From Cytophagales bacterium (GTDB taxonomy: Bacteria; Bacteroidota; Bacteroidia; Cytophagales; JAHDFW01), in contig JAHDFW010000006.1 of NCBI GenBank assembly GCA_020627945.1, positions 1 through 52,439 on the forward strand: a DNA stretch of 52,439 nt, given 5' to 3'. The notes beneath the pieces were generated by a model. That model did not search any database. It worked only from the letters and a program-made list of their open reading frames with translations, and had not been told where the DNA came from. A program made the translations under genes and the position numbers. This document shows positions 1 to 10,300 of the stretch, one piece after another; position 1 is the stretch's first letter; each line of letters opens with the position of its first letter.

Positions 1-119
1 ACACTTAACTTTTCAGTAAACTTCCCCCAATTTTGCTCCTCTAGCAAATCAGCGTATTGAGTTCGCCAACGTTGCGAAAAATAATCTGGGAGATTTTTTA
101 GTAGACAATTTATTTCCAT
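1..119 (-). CDS. Partial CDS (first 39 codons, continues past the window start), function unknown
   Basis: A minus-strand ATG at 117-119 opens a frame with no stop down to position 1: MEINCLLKNLPDYFSQRWRTQYADLLEEQNWGKFTEKLS. It is cut off by the window edge and too short to assign. Confidence 0.3.
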   Translation of the reverse strand, partial: MEINCLLKNLPDYFSQRWRTQYADLLEEQNWGKFTEKLS

Positions 120-186
120 GGCGTAAAATAACTTAGCAACTACGCACTGAATTTTCGTTACAAACTTTTTATGTTTTCACAGCTGT

Positions 187-684
187 TCAAGGTACTTTTT
201 CCACAGTACATTTCAGTAGCTTCTTCATTCGTCCAAGCAATAAATTTCTTGAAATAATATACGCGCCATGAATAAATAACCTAAACAAGAGAGCCATAAT
301 GGTAAATGGTATTATAGCAAAAAATACACTTGGATCAAGTTCAGATATTTTGGTATCGGAAAAAATAAAAAATCCTAAAGGAATGCAAGGAATCACAACT
401 AGCCAAACATAATACAACCAAAAGAACGCTGGGTGTAATTGAGTTGTCAAATCTATTCGATTTTCGTCAGCTCGAGTTCCTTCACATTTGCACGCAGGGC
501 CCACACCAATGGTTGAACTAATCAATTTGAACCCACTCTCTGTTACTTGTCCTATGAATGATTTATTCGTTATGGTAGAAGTTAAACTACTGCTCTTATA
601 AGTATTAGCTAAGAGTGCCGCAGTAAAATCTTCCTGATTGGACTCATGAACTAACTTGTAATTATTCCTACTTCTATTTTGCAT
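187..684 (-). CDS. Hypothetical membrane protein (soluble N-terminal part of about 85 aa, then 2-3 predicted TM helices)
   Basis: 165-aa ORF with an ATG start 14 nt after the stop of the upstream gene. Hydrophobic stretches FFWLYYVWLVVIPCIPLGFFIF and FFAIIPFTIMALLFRLFIHGAYII. I recognise no family motif. Confidence 0.55.
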   Translation of the reverse strand: MQNRSRNNYKLVHESNQEDFTAALLANTYKSSSLTSTITNKSFIGQVTESGFKLISSTIGVGPACKCEGTRADENRIDLTTQLHPAFFWLYYVWLVVIPCIPLGFFIFSDTKISELDPSVFFAIIPFTIMALLFRLFIHGAYIISRNLLLGRMKKLLKCTVEKVP

Positions 685-698
685 TGATAAATGGAACG

Positions 699-1322
699 TT
701 ATACAACATCTAACTCAGGAGTTTCGTTATTCTCTTCTACGTATTCATTAATTTTCGGTTGTAAAATCCATACCCCCACAAAGAAAAACCAGATCATAAA
801 AAACTCTCCCGCATAATCCGAAAACGATAGTTCTTTTTGCAACTCAACCGTTTTAATAGTCTTTGATACAAAGTACAGATTATATAAGCTGCAAAACATG
901 GCGAACAAATGAAGTGGCACAATGGCCAAAAACGTAATTCCAAAAAGTGAAGGATCGTTTTCGTGACCTATCATATTCGTTACCGAAAACCCCATAAAGC
1001 TGAAAAATATCAGCATATAGATTAATGGAAAGAAAAATGTGAATCTAAAAAACTTGGTTTTCATTCGAAGGTGTTCTGGGATTTTTGATTGCAAACCGAC
1101 ACCTACAGCCCAATGCCAACCATAAGTAATAAACATAACGAGTAACATTATTATTGCATACAACACCATTCCAGCGACCATTCCGCCTACTTCAGGCCGG
1201 CCTCCAGAAGAATTTAACGAAGCAATAAAAACAAAAATCCAGATAAAATAAAAGAACATCGGTACTCCGAACATTAATAGAAACAACTGCCAATGTTTAG
1301 CTTTTAGAAAGAGGTTGGTCAT
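699..1322 (-). CDS. Hypothetical polytopic membrane protein (about 6 TM helices)
   Basis: 207-aa ORF starting 73 nt downstream of the NRPS stop on the same strand. It has several long hydrophobic segments (LFLLMFGVPMFFYFIWIFVFIASL, MVAGMVLYAIIMLLVMFITYGW, FFFPLIYMLIFFSFMGF, FFMIWFFFVGVWIL). No catalytic motif recognised. Confidence 0.65.
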   Translation of the reverse strand: MTNLFLKAKHWQLFLLMFGVPMFFYFIWIFVFIASLNSSGGRPEVGGMVAGMVLYAIIMLLVMFITYGWHWAVGVGLQSKIPEHLRMKTKFFRFTFFFPLIYMLIFFSFMGFSVTNMIGHENDPSLFGITFLAIVPLHLFAMFCSLYNLYFVSKTIKTVELQKELSFSDYAGEFFMIWFFFVGVWILQPKINEYVEENNETPELDVV

Positions 1323-1395
1323 GAGTTTATTTTGTGTGTTTAACGATTAATTGTTCTCAAATTAATAATTTCCTTTAGATTACGTTGCAATTGCC

Positions 1396-4300
1396 TTAAA
1401 AATCAAAATCAAAATCTTCCCCTTCTTCTCGCTCCTCAATGCTTGTATTCTCAGTTTGTTCAACTAATTTAATCTCCGCAATTTTAATTTCTGGATTTCG
1501 TACAACCTCTTTTATTATATTCAAAACGGCTTCGGAAAACTCCTTAACCTGTTCTTCTGTAAATAAATCAGTGTTATATTCAAAAGCAAAACGAAACATT
1601 TCTCGACTTAGCGTTCCATAAAGCCATAGGTCGTACTTAGCAAAATTTAATTTCGTACTAACGGGCTTAATGGTTAAATCATTTACTTGATCTGGTGAAT
1701 CCCCACTTCCATGTTCACTTAGATCACCAAAATCATTCCATGAAAGTCCTTCGTTCACCAACGGCAGTCTACTATCATCTCTTTCTGGCTTAAGATCATC
1801 TAACAGCTTATCAAAAGGATAGTCCTGTCGATCAAAAACTTCTAAGGTTTGGGCCTTAACCTCTTGAAGTAATTCAATAAACGAGTGATTCGATTGCACC
1901 TCATTTCTCAATGCCAACATGTTGACATAATAACCGATCTGATTTTGTAATTCAGCTCTATTTCTTCCAGAAACTGGTGTTCCAATTACGATGTCATTTT
2001 GACCACTATATCTATACAGCAAAATCGACATTACCGTTTGCATTACTATGAATTCAGAAGTATTCCAATGATGCTTTACCAACTTGGTCAACTTTCTCGA
2101 TTCTTCAATGCTTAACTCAAAAACATGACGATCTCCTTTGTACGTTTTTTCAGTTGGACGGTCTTGAAAAGTAGGAAGTTGTAATGGCTTAACCTTACCT
2201 GAAAACTTATTTTTCCAGAATTCCGATAAACCTACTTCCGATCCATCAGCTATCAAAGCATTATGCCATGATGCAAAATCCTTGTATTGAATTTTTAATG
2301 GTTGTAAAGAAGGCTCTTTACCTGCATCAAAAGTAGCATAGACCTGCATTGCCTCTTTCATAAATAGTTCCATGGACCATCCATCACTAATGATATGGTG
2401 CATATTCAACCCAACTGCATACTGATTATCATCCACTTTAAAAACAGAGACTTTAAACAGTACATCGTTAAGAAGATCCAACGATTGATTGGCGTGTGTG
2501 GACAATGCTTTCTTCAATTCTTTCTGGTCAATCTCAACTAACTCAGTCTTTACATAATTCGGTTCCTCAATTATCTGGCTAGGCACTCCGCTAGAATCAA
2601 TAATTCTGGTTCTTAAAATTTCATGTCGCTGGACCATGTAGAATATCATACGTTCAAAAGCCTCAAAATTTAGCTGCCCTTGAATGTTAAATGCTAACGG
2701 AATATTAAACGTCGATGATGCCCCTTCACGAAGATATGACACCCAAAGCATTTGTTGAGCATGAGATAAAGGATAAGAATCTTGAGGTTCTAAAGGCCGA
2801 ATTGGATCTATTAGTATTGGCTTATTAATTTTCAATAACTCAACTTGATCTTTAAGCACTGGGCTCAAGAAAATATCTTTGATACTTAGTGGTAGGTTCA
2901 TTTCCTCTCTAACCAAATTAGACAATTGAGTAGCCTTTAAAGAGTGTCCTCCGATTTGGAAAAAATGCGATTCCATTCCAATCACATCTACTCCAAGGAC
3001 TCTTGTCCAGAGATTGACCAATGCCTTTTCAAGTTTAGTCGATGGTAAAGTGAGCACACCCGACTCAACTTCGTTTAATGCTAAAAACGGATCTGGTAAT
3101 TTTCTTCGATTGATCTTACCATTCTGTGTCAACTCAAATGATTCAACCAAAACAACAATCGAAGGAATCATATATTCTGGTAATTGATGTCTTAATTGAT
3201 CTCTTATGAACTCTTCGGATAAACCTTGACTGTCTTCCAAGTCTCGCACATATGCTACAATTAATTTGTCGTTCGTTTCAGTATTTTGAGTTACTATCAC
3301 TAAAGATTCTCCAACACCTTCTAATTGATTTATCGCTGATTCAATTTCCCCTAATTCAATACGGTATCCACGAATCTTAACCTGACTATCTTTTCTTCCT
3401 CCAAACTCCAATTCACCTTTGCGATTCCATCGCCCCAAATCACCTGAACGATAAACCACGCCTTGATCATAAGGATTCTCAATAAATCGATCTTTTGTCA
3501 ATTCTTCGCGATGCAAATAGCCCTGAGTAACTTGTGGTCCACCAATACAAATTTCTCCCCATACGCCATGAGGAACGGCCTTTAGAGCATCATCCAAAAT
3601 TAATATTTGATTATTTGAGGTTGGGTTACCTATTACATTTCCATGTAACTCAATTTTCGGATCAAAATCATAAGCGGTGCAAAACACCGTTGCTTCCGTA
3701 GGACCATAAAACACCGTGATTTTGGCATTTACAAATGTTGATGTCAAATCATGTAGTAACTCATTAGGAACCAAATCCCCACCTAGGCAAACTTGTTTAA
3801 TGTGATTAAAATCAGATCTAATATCGAGCGTATTTATAGAATCTACAATTTGCCGCATTAACGCAGGAACAGTGTGGAATACAGTACATACCTTAAGCTT
3901 CTCAACTAACAAACTGGAATCCAGTAAATCTTCTTTCTCCAATATCAATGTTCCACCTCCTTTCAGTAAGGCTGCAAATTGCTCAAAGAAAGAAATATCA
4001 AAAGCATTAGAAGCCATGAATGGCAGTAAATCATTCTCAGTAAGGCCATTAACTTCATCCAATGAAGATGCAAAGTTGAATAGATTACCATGGCTAACCT
4101 CCACTCCTTTTGGCTTCCCTGTCGAACCTGAAGTATATATGACATATGCTATATCAGAGTGTTTAACTGATCGAGCATTGATTGTCGCTTCCTGATTCCA
4201 ATTAAATTTCGTCAGGTCAATTTGGTCAATTGATTGCATATTTAACCCTGAGGCGACGTTGCTAATGATCAACTTTGCCTTACTATCATTCAGGATGTAC

Positions 4301-7300
4301 TCCTTTCTCTCTGTTGGATAGTCTACATCTATTGGAATATAAACTAACCCCAATTTAAGAAGAGCCAAAATAGTTGCTGTCAGTTCAGGTCCTCGACTCA
4401 TATGAACAACCACACGATCCCCTAAACCATATTTAGACCCCAACATTGCTGCCAAAACGTTTACCCTATGAAATAAAGTACTGTAAGTCCATTCAACGTC
4501 TCTAAACTTAAGAGCTACATTATCGGATACTAGATTAGCTTGATTTTGAATTAGATCTACGAAAACTTTCTCATTTGAAATAACCTTATTCTTATGAGAA
4601 TTCTTGGGTACTAAATCTGTAATACTTTGAACTGCAACAACGCTTAAATCACTAATTTTTGACTTCGGTTCTGCAACAATTGATTCCAACAACAACACAA
4701 AACCATCAGCCATACGTTGGATAGTTTGTTTATCAAATAAATGTGTGGCGTAGGTTAACGTTCCAACTAACTGATCTTTTAATTCTCTTAAATCTAAACT
4801 TAGATCAAACTTCGCAACTTTCTTAGTTGATCCAAAAGGTTTTAGAATCAGATTTTCCCTTATTTTATTTTCTTTCGAAGGTTCCTGCTCTCGGTAATTC
4901 AACAAGCTAAACATTGTTTCAAAAATTGGATTACGAGAAGGGTCTCTTGGAACGTCTAACAATTCTATTATTTCCTCAAATTGATATTCTTCATGTTCAA
5001 TTGCTGCAAGGTATGTCTGAGCGACTTGGTTTAAATAATCATTGAAGTTTAACTTAACATCTGGATAGGTTCTTATTGCTAATGAATTCACAAACATCCC
5101 TATGGTTCGATCAAGGTCAGAATGAACGCGACCTGCTGAAGGAATTCCTACGATTAGATCATATTGACCTGTATACTTCGAGAGCAGGATCTTATATATG
5201 CTCAGCAATCCCGCAAATAAAGTCACATTAGAATCAGCACAAATTGTTTTAAACTTATCCAGCAATTCTGATGGTATAGAAAGAGAGACATCATTGCCGT
5301 TAAATTTTTGAACTTTAGGGCGAGAATAGTCCAATGGCAATTGAAGCAACGGCAACTCTCCGTCTAGTTGTCCTTTCCAGTAATTTTCAAGTTGCTCAAA
5401 CTCCCCTTTTCTTCTTCGATCGTTTTGCCAATGAGCAAATTCCTTGTATTGAAGCGGCTCAGTATCATTAATAACACCTGCATAACCTTGTTTAAACTCT
5501 TTAACTAATATTTGAATGGAGTTTCCATCCGAAATGATGTGATGCAAATCCACTAACAAAACATGTCGATTGGTAGCAATGCGCAAGATCTCAACTCGGA
5601 TTAGGACATCATCAGCCAGATTGAATGGTCTAACAAAAGATTTCACAATATCTTCTGCCTCCTCTTCAGTAACTGAATGAACATTAATGGTAAGGTTAAC
5701 CCTATCATTTATCACTTGATAATTATGCTCTCCTTCAGCTATAAAGTTACTTCTCAAACTTTCATGTCGATCTACAAGACCTTGAAATGATTCTATTACT
5801 TTATTTACATCCAACTCTCCTTCAATCTCCATGATTGCTGGCATATTGTAAAAAGTAGACTGCTCATCGAAGCGATTCAGAAAATACATTCTTTGCTGAG
5901 CTGCGGATAATTCATATTTAGCATCTGCATTAAATACTCTAGGAATGAATTCATCTTTAGATTCCGAAGAGTTCTGAGCAATAATATAAATGGCCAAATC
6001 CTGTATTGTAGGATTGTTAAAAACATTAGCTAGAGTAATATTTACCGCAAAATGCTTTTTAATAGAATTAACCAAGGACATGGCCTTTAAAGAATGTCCT
6101 CCCACATCGAAAAAGCTACTAACTGTGGAAAGTCGCTCTTGATCCACTCCTAACACTTCAGACCAAATTTGCACCAATTTCTGCTCGGTATGATTGGTTG
6201 GTAGTTGCACTTCAACAACATTCAATTCTGGTAATGGAAGTGCTTTTTTGTCCACCTTCAAATGTCGAGTCAGTGGAATTGAATCTATTTCCATCACATG
6301 AGTAGGGATCATATACTCTGGCATCGACTTGCGAAGAAAAGGTTTGACATCAGGCAATTTGATGCCGTCTCCAACCAAATATGCACATAGAAACTTTTCC
6401 TGATTGTCTTGCTCCAAAGCAACAACTACGGCTTCTTTTACCTCTGCAATTTCAAGAAGGCATTGTTCTATTTCTTGTGGCTCTATTCGATAACCTCGAA
6501 TTTTCACCTGATCATTTGTTCTTCCTAAAAACTGTAATTCTCCATTATGATTCCATTGTACCAAATCACCCGTTCTATACAACCTTTCCTTTGAATCAAA
6601 AGGACTTTGAATAAATCTGTCGTGAGTTAATTTTTCTCTATTCAGGTACGAGCGTGCCACTCCTGCTCCACCAATAACGAGTTCCCCAGGAACTCCCGTA
6701 GGTTGCAACCTTAAATACTCATCTAAGACTAAAACGTACGTATTATTTATCGGTTTACCGATCTGAATAAAATCAGTATCATGATTCGTATATTTTTGAT
6801 AAGTTACACAAACCGTTCCTTCTGTCGGACCATACGTATTGTAAATCGTAGCGTAATTTTTTAGGTTAGAAACATAGCTTGGTTTTAGCACATCTCCTCC
6901 ACTGATGCAAATTTTTAAACTTTGGAAAGAAGTTAGTTTATTCAACTCATTCAAAAGCAACGGAGAACAAGTAATCATGCTAACTTTGTTGCTCCTTAGC
7001 AAATATTCTAACTGATCTAAATCTGTGACCTGCTCTCTTTTCGCGATAACAATTTGTCCCCCAACTAGCTGCGCAGGATAAAACTCTTCTACAAAAGCAT
7101 CAAAAGTGTATCTTGTTTGTTGTAGAACAACCTCTTCATGATTTAACGCAAATTCCTTTTGAAATGCTTCAACATAAGAAGATAGATTTCGATGCTCAAT
7201 TAAGCACCCTTTTGGCTGTCCCGTAGTACCAGAAGTATAAATAACATAAGATAAACTTTCAGGGTTAAACTGAACCTTTGGATTGCCAGATGATTGATTT

Positions 7301-10300
7301 TGAACCTCTGAATTATTGTAGAAAACATAACGAGAATCGCGTATAGTTTCTTTATCAGTTATTACCAGAAGAGGTTGAGCATCATTTAGAATAAATTCAA
7401 CTCGATCCTGTGGGTATTCTGGGTCAAGGGGCAAATATGCCGCTCCACTTTTCAAAATCCCCCATATGGAAGCAAACATTTCAAACCCTGGTTCCATTAA
7501 TATTCCAACCAAGGTATCTCTACCTGCACCCTTTTGAATCAAATAGTGAGCAACCTTATTGGCCTCGCTATTCAGTTCAAAGTAAGTCATTGTCCGATCC
7601 TCAAATTTTAATGCGACCTTATCAGAAGATTGCTCGACTTGTTTCTCAAATTGTTGAACAACACTATCATTTGAGTACTTCCATGACAGATTATTAAATT
7701 GTGTTAAGATCAAATCACGTTCATTTTGATCCATCAGTGCAATTCTACTTAAATCCTCTTTTGGTTTACTAATAAGGTTAGAAAGCAGCATCACAAACCG
7801 TTGATGCAATGACTCGATATCGTCTTTATCAAAAAATCGTTTTTGGTAGGACCACGTAAGTTCTAGGATTCCCTTTATGTTTTTGTTAGACTCATTAATA
7901 TGTATAGAAAGAGGACTTGAATCATACCCCGGATACCCATATTGCATGCTGTAACGATCTTCATGAACATCCTGATGACCAATCAAATTCACGTTTAATA
8001 ACTCATTCGCATCTATGTTATGTTGCCTACGAAGTTCTTCGGCTAAAAGGTCAAACGGATATTTTTGATATTGTTTAAGAATTGGATTTAATATATCCGA
8101 AACCTCTTGCAAGAGAGTATCAAAACTGCTGGTTTGCTCTACTTTGACTTTTACAGGGATAGTACTTACAAACATTCCAGAAGTATCCTGATCTATTTTT
8201 GAACTTCTTCCATGATTTACTCCTCCGATAATTACCTCATCTTCATAATTCTCATTGTAGGAACGTAAAAATACAGACAGTGCAGTAAGCAATATTTTGT
8301 ACAAGGACATTCCAGATTCCTCACAATAGCGCAGTAAATCTTGCCTTATATTCGATTCGAAGGCTATAGCTAAATGATCTGATTTAAGTGAATCCGACTT
8401 CGGTGCTGGAATAAACGAAGAGCGTTCAGGAATTGGCAGCAAATGTTGCTTCCAAAACTTTAAATGTTCAACGCTTGCATCTGAGTTAAGATATTTTCGT
8501 TCATTCTCAACGAAATCTAAATAATCTGGCAACGGCTCGCTATGAGGTTTATCACCAGATTTCAAAACTTCTAAAGCCTTGTAAACTTGATCACAAACAA
8601 GGAATATCGTCCAACCATCTCCAATTAAGTGATGTAAGTTCACCAAGTACATGGTTTGATCCTTAAACTCAACAATCTTGAAAGCAAACAATGGACCTCC
8701 TTCCAAGTTAAATGTAGTTTGTGCAAAAGGTTCTAAAACTTCACGCTTTAAATGTTCTTCACCATTTAGCCCGCATTTTATGGATTCAACATTTATTTCA
8801 TCCAAAGGAGGTGAAACATATTGATAAGGTTCCGAATTACCGTCTACCACCTTGATCCTTAATCTCAATGCTTGATTTTGATTTACGACATGCCTAAAAG
8901 CTTCTTTCAACAACTCATGATCTACATTTTCAGATAAGCCTATTAAAAATGCAGTATTATTAACAGAGGTATTCTCATAGATTTTTTCGGTAAAATAAAT
9001 TCTCCGTTGTGCATGTGAAAGGCCTGCAAGGTGCTTATTATTCCCACCTCCTGATAAATCTCCAATTCTTCTTTTTGGATTGCTAATTCCTTCTTTTAAG
9101 AGCAATTTAAATTGTCTCAGATAAGATTTGATTGTCTCAGGTTTGTATAAAGAAGATTTATACTCAACGCGCAACATGATTTTTTCACGATGTTCAAAAG
9201 CATACATCGTCAAGTCTACCTTTGCACTATTGGTAACTTCAAACGTATCATCCAGCGCACTTACATTGTTCAATTCCTCTTTGCCTAACATGTTCTGAAC
9301 AATCAAAGAAAAATCTGTAAGTGGGTTTCTTCCAGGTTCGGTTTTTATTTGCAAATCATTTAGTAGAACATCATATGGATAAAGTTGATTTTCAAATGCC
9401 TGAATGGACTCTTTCTTAACTTGGTTGATAAACTCAATAAAGCTCAATTCAGGCTTAGGCTTGTTCCTCATCAATACCGTTGAAATAAACAGTCCCATGG
9501 TATTTTGGAAAGCCTCTTCTGTCCTACCCGCAACGGGCGAACCAATAATAATGTCTTTTTCTCCTGTTTGTTTGTGTAATAATAATTGGTAACCAGCCAA
9601 CAGAACCATGTATAAGGTCATCTGATTTTTAGCACAAAACTCTCTAACCAAATCAGTTAATTCAGAATCCAATTCAAGATTATACATTCCACCTTCAAAA
9701 TACTGACCTGAACCTCGTGGATAATCCGTTTCTAAAGCAACTGATGGCAACTTTCCGCTAAGCTTTTTCAACCAGAATTCTCTTTGATCATTTAGGTTAC
9801 CAGCTTTTAATTGCTCATTAATCCATTCAGAATAGTCTTTGTATTGCAGTCCTTGAGTTGGTAATATTTCTCCTTTAAGCAGATTCTTAAATTCGTTGGT
9901 AAGTCTTTGTCTAGAGGAACCATCTGAAATAATGTGGTGAATGTCATGAAACAAATAGAATTGTTGTTCGTCTGTTTCAACTAAAGCGGCTCTGTACAAA
10001 GGAGCTTGATCCAAATAAAATGGTTGAGTATATTTTGTTACTACTGAATCTAATTCAGAAGATTTAATTCTAACATGCTCTAATTTAAAATCAACCCAGT
10101 CATGTACTTTTTGCATCACATCTTGCCCATGTTGAACAAATGAAGTTCGCAAAGGTTCGTGTCTCTCAATTAATAGTTCTAATGCTTCTTGAATGGATAG
10201 GTATTCTACGTCTGAGCCCAAATATTCCAAAGAAGGCATATTGAAAATATTGGAATCAGGATATTTATGATGCAAGAAATAGAAGTTGTTTTGAGCGGCT

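Noticed and set aside
121-145. GCGTA...TACGC inverted repeat downstream of the last membrane-protein gene.
   Set aside because: It has a 5-bp stem with a 15-nt loop, which is expected by chance.
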